A DNA stretch of 63,451 bases, filler included, from Sluysia triapertura (taxonomy: Eukaryota), in the NCBI GenBank assembly GCA_046118255.1. It is 5 parts of 5 records of this genome, joined end to end, with 100 filler letters (N's around TTAATTAATTAA, not from the genome) between each part and the next. Parts side by side here need not be neighbours in the genome. Positions count along the whole stretch, not along the records: positions 1 to 10,856 come from JBJNIA010192594.1; positions 10,957 to 25,401 come from JBJNIA010258959.1; 3 more parts are not named here. The stretch is one strand, 5' to 3'. Positions 1 through 14,423 of the stretch are shown one piece after another; positions within the stretch are counted from its first letter, which is position 1, and every line of letters begins with the position of its first letter. Below the pieces are notes generated by a model. That model made no database searches. It saw only the letters and a list, made by a program, of their open reading frames with translations, and had not been told where the DNA came from. A program made the position numbers and the translations under genes.

Positions 1-76
1 CTTAATCAGTTGCGGAACCCCTGTCAACGTTCCAGGGAACCCTAGGGTTCCGCGGAACCCAGGTTGAAGACCCCTG
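1..76. mobile_element. Terminus of a hAT (Charlie-like) MITE, truncated by the window edge
   Basis: Reverse complement starts CAGGGGTCTTCAACCTGGGTTCCGCGGAACCCTAGGGTTCC: a CAGGGGT-type hAT TIR with GC-rich palindromic GGGTTCC/GGAACCC subterminal repeats in an otherwise AT-rich background. Confidence 0.65.
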
Positions 77-271
77 GGATAAAGTTTATTTAAGTTAAAA
101 CTAATAACTAATCTTTAACCTGTCTTTTACGTGTATTTTATGATTATATGAAATTAATATCTACTTAATAAAAATAAATTACGTGAATCATGGAATGAAT
201 CGAAGAGTGCCCAGTGATTGCGCCAAAAAACAGAAATCCACAATGGCGACGAATACAAATTTTAATATAAA

Positions 272-440
272 GATTACAAATTGGCGATTTTCATTGTACT
301 GATGCTAGCTTATATACCAGTCATCAGCCAATGAAAATCGATAGATTGCTCTAGAACGTTCTAGAAACGTCTATTCTATTTTTAGAAGCTAACTTTCTTT
401 TTTGGAAAATAATTATTTTTAAAGTAATTTTAAAGATTTC
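272..440. repeat. Interspersed repeat, copy 1 (copy 2 at ~53432-53592)
   Basis: Shares blocks actgat.ctag..tatat, atcagccaat, aatcgat, tatttttagaagctaa.ttt and ttttggaaaat..tatttttaaagt.atttta with 53432-53592 in the same orientation. Confidence 0.7.
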
Positions 441-1177
441 TAAAGCGTTTTAATTGATTTTTAGATAATTCTAATGCATTTTGTGTGGTTTTAAAGGCTC
501 AAGATAACAACCTAGCAGATGAAATATAAATATTGTTATTTACAAGTATTCATTCTAGTTTAACTCCTTATTAACACTTAAGATAATAATTTATTGCACC
601 ACCTCCGTTAATTTAAATTATAAGATTTCAAATTTTGTATTAATAAGGTGATAAACTACATCTTTTATTTTTTACTCTTAACGCAGCATAATTTTTACTG
701 TTTGTCAAAATTTGAAAATGAATATAACCCTAACAATAGATTAAAATTATGAAATATTCGATAGTTTGACAATAAAAATTAAATTCAATGAAATATTACT
801 GCATTTTTAATGTAAAAAATGTATCACCATATTTTTATTATACTTGCTTTTTCCCCTGGTGTACTGAAAATGAAACAATTAAAGTCAAATAATTTATCAA
901 TGCTGAGTACTACATTAATTATCAACATGTTACTAGAATTAATATAAGGTAAAAATTGTTTTTTTGATGATTCAAATATTCTCTATGAATACCCAAAATT
1001 ACGCAAAATCAAGTGACTTCGAGAATCCCAGTTAATGAAAAAGGTTGAGAATTACTACCTTAGAGCTTTAAATTATGAAAGTTGAAAAACATCACAGAAA
1101 TTTATTCAATACTACAGATATAAAACATGCAAGTTTTTAAAATATTTTCCTAAATTTGGTGTTTTTAAAGTTTCAAT

Positions 1178-3177
<2,000 letters not shown>

Positions 3178-4423
3178 TAAATACAGTTAAATTAAATTTA
3201 AAAATAATTTAAAACAGAAAATTTATTGATTTATAACATAAATATATTAATTTTTTCAAAACAATATAAACAATAACTTACTAGACATTTGTAAAATAAA
3301 CTAATCCAAGCAACTTAGTTAATATTTAAAACAAATATATATATAAAAGTATATATGCAAATAAGAAATATGTGTGAATATATAAGTATATAGTTTAGGC
3401 ACACCTAGAATAATATGCACTTATTAACTGAGAATACATGTGTCCTTATATTTTTATATAGGTAATTCATATAAAATAGATATAGATTATCATTTTGAAT
3501 ACGTTAATATCAATATTTATATATTAATTCTGTCCTAATCATTACAAACAATTTATAATTTTAATATAAATACCGTTGTAAGTCATAAATTAAAGTTACT
3601 AAATTTGATTAGTCTCATTAAGCTAAAATAATTGATTAAAGAAATCAATCAAAACTACTTCATCTCTTTACTTAGCAACGTTATGAATTCACTACTTCAA
3701 TTAAATCACTATAATATTAATATATTATAATTTGCATTATTAATTTTTAATAATTTAATTAACAGAATAGAAAAAGTTTATTGTTTCAATACATTTAAAT
3801 TTTAGCATTTTCTATCATTCTGAATTTTTCAATACTTTATTATATGTTTAATAAAATTATGCTTTAACTAAAAACCACAAAAAATCTATGAAACACCTTA
3901 ATATTAATAAAAATTTTAATAATATTACTACAATTTCAGAGGAATTTTTGTGGCACAATAATTTAGTTTTATATTCACATATTTTACCAATTCTAATCAT
4001 TATTTAAAAACTGTTTAAATAAAAATTATTTATTGTGGCTCATTATTCTAATATTAAAATATTGAGTTAACAAATAATATACATTACATTTTTCATTATT
4101 GATTAAGATGAATTGATATCTCTCTTTAATAAAGAAAAATAAAAGTAGGTTGACTTTATTTATTTGTTTAAATATATTAATAATAACATCTTTGTTAATT
4201 ATATACAATTCATCTTAAATGGCATGAAATTAAATATTTGTGATCACATTTTCTATATTAAGATATTTTTGAGTTTATTATGTAGATTTTTAGAATACAT
4301 TGAATAAAAAAATTAATATAAATATGTTATTATTTTTAAAGGTTAAAATGATATTTTAAATAACTTTATTATTAATTAAATTATATTTTATATAGTTATT
4401 TTATTATTGATTTTATTAAAATA

Positions 4424-5632
4424 ATGACTGTTTTAGTCCCTATCGCACTGTCTGTAATAAAGTTATGGACTTATATTTATGAATTAATTACTTGGCCAAT
4501 ATATACTATATTTCAATCTACAGACAATTTGACACCAATTGATTCAAATGAAAGAACAGGAATTTTATTTTCTAAGCCTGTTATTGATAATGATCCATCA
4601 AGTCCATGGAGAAATGTAGAAGCTATAAGTGAGTTGTCAAGATCAATGATTCCAAATGGGGAAACGTTGGATGATTTGTTTTATTATTCATCTAAAAAAT
4701 GGCCACAACATCGTGCTTTGGGCACTAGAAAACTTGTTAAAAGTGAAATGGAAAAACAACCGAATGGAAAATTGTTTAAAAAGTTAACATTAGAAAAATA
4801 TTACTGGGAATCATACGAACAAGTTGATCAAAGAATACAAAATTTTGGTAAAGGTCTATTAAAAATGGGTTTAAAGTCTGGTGTGGATAATGTATTGTTG
4901 TTTGCAGAAACACGCGCAGAATGGATGATAGCAGCTCAAGCATGTTTTCGATTTAATTTTCCAATTGTGACTCTATATGCTACATTAGGGGAAGATGCTA
5001 TTGTTCACGGTATTAATGAATCAGAAGTATGTTATTATATATTTGAACGAAACAAAGAAAACTATACATAATGTAATTTATAATGCAAATGTCACTATTA
5101 AGTTCTTATAGTGATTACTTTTTAATTAATTTTTGTTACAATTCTTGAATACCTTTGTAATTCAAGTCTACTTTTGTAGAGTATATAATATTTTGACAAT
5201 GCAATTTAATTAAAATTAATCAAATTTAAAGATTTAATATTATGGTAAACATTTTATTTTAATTAATGCAAGTTATTTAATTTAAATTGATTGATTAATA
5301 ATTTTTTTAGACTAATACAGTGATTACAAGTGATGAATTACTACCAAAGCTTGATTCAGTTATTAATCAGTGCCCTAAAGTTAAAACAGTTATTTTTATG
5401 AATAACGGAATTTTTAATCCTGTACCTTATGGGGAAGCTTCACAACAAATTATAAGTAACTTTAAACACTCACAGCAAGTTACGTTGTGTGAAATGACCG
5501 CTATTGAAAAAGATGGTATTAATTATCCACCAACGACTAGTGGAGATGGGCCAGAATTTGAATTTCATACTAGTGATTATAAACCGTCTCGAAATGACTT
5601 AGCTATTATCATGTACACTAGTGGATCTACTG
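4424..5632 (+). CDS. Long-chain acyl-CoA synthetase (ACSL3/4-like), first two coding exons only
   Basis: Exon 4424-5026 (donor GTATGT) and exon 5311-5632 (acceptor TTTTTTTAG, donor GTTAGT). Motifs: LGTRKL..E.EKQPNGK.FKK, FAETRAEWMIAAQACF, TLYATLGEDAIVHGINESE and the AMP-binding IMYTSGSTG. The expected next exon (PKGV...) was not found in the window. Confidence 0.9.
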
Positions 5633-7290
5633 GTTAGTTATTATTAGTTAATAAGTATTTGTCAGATTTATTTATTTGCACAAGCATTACTTTGTGATGA
5701 ACTTTTTATACATGAATGTAATTAAACAAATTGACAGAAAATTTAATTATTATGGCATTCATTTTTTTAGTTTATTTAAAGTTTACAAGAACCAATATTA
5801 ACTTTGTTTAACAAAACCTTTTATGGGATACGTAAAGAAGTCAGAATTTGGTAATTTAATCCTGATGTATGTGTTGTGATTAAAAATTGGAACACGTGGA
5901 AATGTGTGTGTTTGTGTATATTGCATACAAAATCAAAACTAACCAAATCTTATTTTAAATGAAATTTGAAAATAAAGTTAATAGTGTACTGTAAGCGTAA
6001 AGCAAGAAGATGCAATGTATTTTAGTAGTGTAATGTTTAGCATATTGAGCGTGATACTATGACGGAGTTGGTTTATTATAGTGATATTTTGTATTGACTT
6101 AGTCTTATATAATGAACATCATGTGTTATTAGGCTTTCTATCATTGTGTCATACTTATTCGTATTTTAATTTAAAACTAAAATTCATAATTTAATATACC
6201 TTGAACGTGCGAAAATTAAATGAAAATTTAATTCATTTTCTATATCTTGGAAAATATCGGACTTTTTAACTGCTAAACAGCAAAAATTATACGAAAAGAA
6301 AAACAAAAACATGGTTTATAAATATAAACAACACTAAATTTTAAGCACTTATATAATCTAAAAATTACATGAATGTGTGATAAAGATGCTAGAAATCACA
6401 ATGTCAAGAGTAATCAGGCCACTTATAGAATTATTATCACCATCATCATTATCGGATAGTAACTTGCATGATATTGGATGGAATTAGGAGTTTAAATGTA
6501 CTGGGTTAAGCTATTTTTAAAATTATATAATAATAAAATAAATATAAATATCACCAATAAAATATTGTTGAACAATGATACTGATTGGGTTTCATCACTT
6601 TGACTTAAAAAATAGACTTAATTACCAATTCATTGTTATTTTTTGGTTATTGGTAAAATTCAATGAAAATTTAATTTATATTTCGTTTATATTAATTTTC
6701 TAATATATATTTTTTAATACTTGTTAACATATTATATAGACCATAATAAATATTAGTATTTTATTTCATGAAGTACTTATGTTTCTTAATTATTATCTAA
6801 TGATATTCAAATTCTTATTAATATTAAGAAATAATTCATTATTTGAGGTAATTGTACTTTTATCACATTTTATCAGCCTTTAATTTGACGCCGCTTAAGT
6901 TTCATCTATCATTCTTAGTCTAATCTAAATTGTTAATATTTATTCTGTTTTTGACAAATGAAAGATAAAGGATAATGTATCTAGGCGTGTCATATTTTTT
7001 TTGAACAAAAGTTACGCTTTTTATAAAATGCAAGTTATTTTTAATACAATATTTCATTTCTATTTTGCATGCTTTTATGGTCCATAATATTATAAATCAA
7101 ATTATTGACTTGTTTGTCTTAGGTCAAGTATTTATTAAACGCTAAACGCACCGCGTGTAATCAAATTAAGAGTAGTATATTTAAAGTGAATTTTATTCGA
7201 AAAATTTATTTTAATATTTTGGTTTTAATAATACATATACATGCAAACTCTTATTTTCATATAATTTTTTTTTGTATTTAATGCAACTTA

Positions 7291-7427
7291 TAGTCAAACA
7301 TGTTTTTATGCGGGGATAGAGACTGTATAAATAACGCATAAAAAATTATGCCTAAACTTTGAAATAGCTTTAAAATATTTTGTTTTGAAAAACAATAAAA
7401 AAAATCGCACAAAAACAGGTCTGACTG
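7291..7427. mobile_element. 137-bp pogo/Tigger-type MITE in the ACSL intron
   Basis: 22-bp TIRs: TAGTCAAACATGTTTTTATGCG versus reverse complement of the right end CAGTCAGACCTGTTTTTGTGCG; TA on the left flank. Confidence 0.7.
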
Positions 7428-8689
7428 TTATATAGCTAAAAATATAATAAATACGTTTGATAGTAATTAGAACTGTGAATAAATATTGGCCATTAATAAA
7501 TAATTATAGATATAGCTAAAAATAATTGATATACTAGTGAATAGAAAATAATAAATGTGTTGGGTACTAATTAATAAGTAACAATATAGTTATAATTAGA
7601 ATATTGGCTACCAAATAAATTAACACTACGACTTTATAAAAGCAAATTGGCCAAATATTTGAAATTAACTATAAGAAAAATTGAATGTGTTAATAATATT
7701 AGAAAAACTACTATACAATGAAGGTTTTTTTTCGTTTGTATGCTTCCAAATATTTACAATTGATTCCAAGTATATCCAAGATTGATTTCAATAATTGTGG
7801 ACATGTCAGCAGGCAGACATAGATTGAACTTCCGGTAATATATTTACACAATATCCCTATAAAATAGAAGATAATTTATTAACCCTAATAATAATTACGA
7901 ATGGTTTATCTTATAATTTTTATTTCATAATTAATAAATTTTAAGTTTTCTGTTTGCCTTGTTTCTTTCAGACTAATAGTATGAAATTTAATATCTCAGA
8001 CAAGCAATTCCACCTCTTACATCAGAGACGAGTACAACTCCCAACTTCCAAACCAAATAAAATAAAATGATTTAAATATAAATAAATTATAAATATAATT
8101 GAAGAATTGTGTTTATATGTTTTATATTTATTTTAATTAGGCATTAGGATTGTTAATTCTCGAAAATTCTATAAAATACAATTCTAAAAAAGATAATACT
8201 AGAATAATAATAATAATGTTTTCTTTTCTTTGATTGGCTCAAAACTAATATATAAGCATGTTGAAGATAATTTAGATAGCAATTAAATTAAAAACTTAGT
8301 CCGCCATTTAATCTATTTGGAGTTTTGCCATTTATTTTATTGAATTTGTTTTATTTTAAATTATTGAGTTTATTCCTGTTAAGTTGTGGTTCATTAAAAT
8401 CTCAAAGTATTTAATGAAAGGAAATTTGTAAACCATAATTATAATAAACTAAAATTAAAATTTTAGCGATTTTATATTAAAAATATATGGTTTCGTTTTT
8501 GTAATTTTGTCGAAAATATTATTATTTTTGTAATTTCACGTATATTGAGCATAAATTGAATCAAGATAATATTTTTGTAAACATAAAGTGCTAAAATAGC
8601 AGATCCTCGAAGTAGAAACAATTATATTACGATTTGTATAGATAAGTTTACTTTAGTTTTTATTAGGTACAGACATGCTGTAAGTGATT

Positions 8690-9000
8690 GATAGTAGTCG
8701 AGTATTTTATTTTGCTTGTGCTAGCACAGATATGAAGCATCAGCATTACCAATCAAATTTATAAAAGGTCAAATCGAATTGTCATTTGAACCTAATCCTT
8801 TTTAATCTATTTTTTTACTGGTACCGTTATCTGTAGTGACACAGATATTAAACTTACACTATCGTTTAATTACTCAAGTCAAAAATATCTATTTCATTAA
8901 AAATTTATATATCTTAATTATACTAAGTTTTATAGTTCTATCTCGGATTTTGTTATATTCTTTGAGTTTATGGATCAATGACATTTTAATATACCCAAAT
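8690..9000 (-). mobile_element. Possible heavily decayed hAT transposase fragment
   Basis: Minus-strand translation gives NICVTTDNGTSKKID*KGL, a downstream frameshifted C..HKQN-like segment and an upstream LRYIN; many stops. Confidence 0.3.
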
Positions 9001-10095
9001 GTACTGCTACAACGTTAGTACTGCTTCTGTTCATATAACTTATTACCATATTTAGTAAGTAATGATTTAGAATTGACAGAAAATAAATACAGACGATTGA
9101 ATTAACAGCACTACATACAACTAATTTGTTGCCATTTATAAATTCTAATCCTACAAATAAGAGAGATTTCTGTTTCATTTCTAATTTTTATTTATAGAAT
9201 GATTCATGTTTTATATTGATTTGTTTTAAATTATACTGTTGTAATTGATTGTTTTATGTAATAATTACGTATTCAGTTTTTACTGTCTGAGTAATGTATG
9301 TAAATTGTAAGACACGTGTGAAGCATGTGTACTTTATAAGCAACTGTTTCATTAATTAGACTGAATTAATGTTTATGTATCCCTTTATATATTAGATGTA
9401 TAAAGTAACAAACAATTAAAATATTCGCAATTTTAAAGTATAAAGTATCATTTGATGAACTTTCAAAGACTTGTTTAGCCAGAAAGGTTATGTTGAGTAT
9501 ATTTTGAATTTATTGAAAATGACATAAACACTGAATGTTACTACAAATGCTGGGTTCCTTTTATACATGAAGCAAAAATATAGAGCTTTAGTAGACAGAA
9601 AATGTGTCATTTTTCAAAGCATTACATAAATGATGATTATGAAAATTTCTAATCATATTTAAAAAGACTACACTTTCAAAATATTAAATAGATTTTAAAA
9701 TATTAAAATTAATTTTGATAGAGTAGCATGTTACATTTAAAAAGATTTAGCTGATACGCAAGCAATTGAGAAGAGTTTAGACTAAGTAGGTTAAAGCTTA
9801 GTTTTTTATTTAAATAATGTCACAGTCGAATAAATTACAAATGAAAATTAATGAGGCGTTGCAGTAATTCAGAAGCATCTTCTTTGTTATTGAAAAGTCA
9901 CAAAATTAAAAATGAGTTTGATTTTACATTAGATTAGAATGACATTACAATCATCCTACGTATTGGTTATAAAATTTATAAAAAATGCATTAATAATTTA
10001 ATAAGTTTAGTACATAAAACTTGTATTTTGCAATGCAGTTTACTGTAAATTGATAGTTACTAGTTTAAATGAGATACCTTGTCAGTGATGTAACT

Positions 10096-10096
<1 letters not shown>

Positions 10097-10139
<43 letters not shown>

Positions 10140-10165
10140 TATTATTATTATTATTATTATTATTA
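10097..10165. repeat. (AAT)n switching to (ATT)n, a self-complementary microsatellite
   Basis: An AAT run changes to an ATT run at AATT (10137-10140). Confidence 0.9.
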
Positions 10166-10790
10166 AATTAGAAGAGTGGCCAATTTCATTAAATGATATT
10201 TTTTGGCCAGATTCAATACATAGCAAAGATGACTATAATAAATCTTTTTATATACAAATTTGGTGAGAATAGGTTGTGCAGTTAGTATCAATAACATAAT
10301 ATAGCAAATTAGGCAAAATAATCTGTATGGTTTTAATAGATATTATGGAGCACAACAACAAACACAGTTAATTCAAAGTACATTTTGATAAGTTTTTGGT
10401 GAACTAAATTTGACAAGTTTGTGAAATTATTCAAATCGGTATTTTTTTAATAAAATAATCCAGATTAAAAATTAATATTCAAACGTGTAAAATTTGTTTT
10501 GAAATTTCCAAGAAAAAAAACCTCAATACTTTGATATTAGTTTAACCAATTTTATTTATTTATAGTCACAGTTAAATACTCCTTATTGTTGTAGGAAGTA
10601 AATTTATTAAATTGATTGCAGTTGAACTGCATTTGTACTCTTCCATCAAGGCAGGGAGAACCTTGTCATTCTATAAATTCATTAAGAGAATATGATTATA
10701 AACCTAAGAACGCATACCCAAACTATAAACTTATTTAAATACACACACAACTAATAAAATTATTTATAATACCAATTTTTTAATAATTAC

Positions 10791-10856
<66 letters not shown>
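10791..10856. repeat. (AAT)n microsatellite at a block end
   Basis: Pure AAT run abutting N. Similar runs at ~25502-25571, 34003-34043, 36629-36706, 36815-36862, 46983-47040, 60098-60145 and 61940-61995; (TA)n at ~35003-35038. Confidence 0.95.
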
Positions 10857-10956
10857 NNNNNNNNNNNNNNNNNNNNNNNNNNNNNNNNNNNNNNNNNNNN
10901 TTAATTAATTAANNNNNNNNNNNNNNNNNNNNNNNNNNNNNNNNNNNNNNNNNNNN
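10857..10956. other. Artificial assembly spacer N44-TTAATTAATTAA-N44
   Basis: Exactly 100 nt; the core places stops in all six frames; identical to three other spacers. Confidence 0.95.
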
Positions 10957-11421
10957 TATATATATGGTATTTAAAACCATATGATTCGATTACACTTGAA
11001 ACATCATTGATATGTATTATAGACAATAATAATATATATTATAAAAGATAATAATAATAAGACTATTATCGTCAAATATACTCAAAATCCAAATTTCTAA
11101 GTATAACGTTTTCCCGATATATTGAGGAGTAAATATAGGAAAAATTATATTTCATCAAAAGTTAAAGACCGAAAATCAGTGTTAGCTACAATAAATTTTT
11201 ATTTATTTGAATTTTATTTTCCTCTTGCAATCTTTTAAGCCGTGTAATTTGTGTTGTCGCATTTTTTAATTAATAAAGCTTCAAACTTTTAGTTTCGTTT
11301 ATTGTATTAAAATTTGTAGTTATACTTATTAAGACCTTCAAGTATCAATTTGATTGAAGATCATAATATTAGTTATTAATGTAACCGTTAACTTATTTAG
11401 TTGCAGAAAAGCCAACGATAC

Positions 11422-11780
11422 GTGAAGATAAAAACATCTAGAGCCTCCTGAATGCTTTATTAACTGATAAATAATTTTAAAACTTTAATAAAACATAAAA
11501 TGAGATAAAGTCTAAAAATAGATTAATTAATTAAAATCACGTTTTTGTGAATAATTTTGAATGCGGAATGCTATGTTGAGTTTGGGACGGTGTGTATTTG
11601 TTTTGGAGACCTTTTTTTGTTTGACCGAGTTCATGCAAGGAAAGCCCTAATATTGAGCAAAGTTAAATTTTAATTAATATTTAATTATGGAATGTTTATT
11701 TTTAATACTTATAGTGATGCAAATGTGATGAATGGAATATGTAATGATCTCTAAGTGAGTTTGAAATGTTTGTAGAAAAA
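11422..11780. repeat. Interspersed repeat copy A (direct repeat with ~19120-19539)
   Basis: Shared blocks tagag.ctcctgaatgc, ataattttgaatgcggaatgctatgttga, tttgaccgagt, caaggaaagcc.taata and aagttaaattttaattaat. Confidence 0.85.
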
Positions 11781-14423
11781 AATATACAACAGAGTGATAG
11801 CAAAATATGGCTCTTTATGTAATATTTAGATAAGTCCTAGGAAGTCTGGAATTCGACTTAATTATTGTGCTTATTCCTCAGACAGTTTTATGTTCATCTG
11901 TACGAGAATATTCGAACTCTAGTGATAAAGATAATTTATTTTTAATTTGTCGAACGACTACTCGAGATTTATTAACATTTACCAATGTTACATAAAACAT
12001 CGTAAGAACGATAATAAAGCTTCATTTACTGCGGAAAAATAAAAAAACAATTACTTGATTAAAAGCAATATCGTTTGACAATCATCACTATATCTAGAAT
12101 AAACTGGTTTTCAATATTGACTAAAATTGAAATTATACATTTATTTGGCCCAAAATGACTGACAATACAAATGACTTATAAATCTCTTCCAGGAATAGTT
12201 GAAGAAAAGCCTTCATCTTTTAGCGAATCTTTTCTTGTATTAACTAAACTAAAATTAATGTCTTATCTTCATTGCTTAATTGCATAAGTATGTGTTACTA
12301 GGCTCCTAAATTTCATTACTTAAGATACATTAGGATAACTTTTATAGTTTCTTAACATTGATATCTAACCTACATTTCTACCAAGTGACAATGAAAGATT
12401 ATTTGAATTGCATAAAGATAAATCATTCAGATCATACAATTGTGCAATTTAATCATGTATAAATTCATGTGACATATGAATCATTACCATATAAACCGAG
12501 ATAGATAATCACGTTTTCTTGGCTTTGGAATAATTAATCAATAATTAATGAACAATATATTACCAATTACTAAACAATTTCTAATATTACTCGAATTATT
12601 TTGATCTTTAATGCCTTCACATCTAACTGTTTAAAACATTTCCAACATTCTAACACAGATTAATTTAATTGATTCTTCAGAAATATTTTTTATTTTTTGC
12701 AGTAAGAACTTGTAATGGTTTTATGAATCTAAAGACATCAAAACATTAAAACTCTTATCAAACCGATGTTTGTTTAAATCATATACAATAATTTTTTATA
12801 TGTTCTTGGAGTACATAGCGTTTTTGTTCTTGCAACTGTTCATTTACATCTTTAGCAGTTTTATTCTGTAAATTCTTAATTTCACTATAGGACTTAAAAC
12901 ATCTTTTCAGTTTCTTACTTTTGTAGCTCATTTTGGAAATCCTTTTAATACATCTAGTTCTAGCCTCCAAGTATACATTTTATGCATGCTTCTATTTTAT
13001 ATTAATTTTTATTTTTAGATATACACAATTTTAATAGCCAATCAATTTAGCCAATTACATTCACATAAACATAGGTGAAAGGATGTAATGTGATTGGCTT
13101 GGCAAACATTAATTTGGTTAATTTACTTAGAGGCCTGGAGGTCATTTTGTTTTTTGATCGAAGTGAATTATTAATTATTATTAAAATAAAAATGAAACAA
13201 ACTTGATGTTTTTGTTCTTTTAAACTTCTCTGTTATGTTTCATTATTCTTGGAAATGTATTCACGATCTTGCACGAAATTAAGAATTTAAATTAATTAAA
13301 GTTTGAAACTTAAAACTATTTAAATTTTTTACATTCAATTTGCTTTCCTTTATTCTTTTGATTGTCGTATAATTCTTTTCCTCATTGCATCTTCTTTTGT
13401 GATATACGTGATGTTTTATATTTATATGATTATTCCATAAGAATGTTGATCAAAAACAATGCTTTATACTTTTAGAAGTGACTTCCAAAATTTGGTTTTC
13501 AAATTGGATAGCCTGTTCCTCATTTTTTGGATGTTCATTTATTTCTTGTAAATTAAAAGGTATTTCAGTAAGATGTCTACGCTGTTTTAGATTTAACTGA
13601 TGATTTAAAGGAGGAATGGTTTTGTGTTGCGCAAGATCCCTATTAGAATATTCATGGTATAAATTGGTTTTTTAGTGTATAGGTTTTGCTGTTTTCTTTG
13701 AAGTTCTTGCCAAATGTATAAAGTAATTCCTTTGTATTTTTGTTCAGAATTAGATTAAGTAATCACAGAAACAAACGATCTGATTAATTAACACACCTTA
13801 TTGCGAAATTTTTGAAAAAAAAGCATACAGAAACGTCTCCACTAAGACATAAACCGTTCGCTGCAGACGAATCCCGCTTTATTAGTTTTTATATAAAACA
13901 GCCTACGCAATTCTAATACTTCGTGGGATACATAAAAATTTAGTCCTATCACAAAAATCTAGATTTGTTTCATTGAATTAACTACGAATGTAAAAGAATA
14001 AAATAGCAAAGTTTAATGTAAGAAAAATGACATTATACAAGGTTTTTAATATCAATTTAGAATTTATTTTAGGAAATGAAAAATAGAGCTTAAAACTTTA
14101 TCAACAATTAACTAAATTATCTAACACAAAGTTAAAAGGATGTATTATTTTAAAGATTCATGAAAACTACTACCAAAAATTAAAAATTTAACAATTAATG
14201 TTTGTAGTTTAATGCTTTTAGTTTAATAAGACACTATCAAATACAAAACATTAAAACCAAGACCAATTATACTAATTTAAAACCTTATTATACAAAGATC
14301 CTTAGAATGTAAATTAAAATATTTTATTATGACAATCAAACAGTTTAAGTAACATAATCATATTTATCTAAAACAAACTATAATAGGTTTTAAGTTTTAT
14401 TTACAGTATTTAAATGGAAATAT

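Noticed and set aside
8667-8679. Possible 13-nt microexon TTATTAG|GTACAGACATGCT|GTAAGT in the ACSL intron
   Set aside because: Not frame-preserving and does not encode the expected PKGV; plausible by chance.
10069-10266. Poly-Ile ORF
   Set aside because: Translation of the AAT/ATT microsatellite.
10901-10912. TTAATTAATTAA as a biological repeat, recombination site or piggyBac target
   Set aside because: Always centred in exactly 44+44 Ns; an assembly linker.
12180-13760. Coding-like minus-strand stretches downstream of SF3B1
   Set aside because: Open frames up to about 70 codons but no recognisable motif, with multiple stops.
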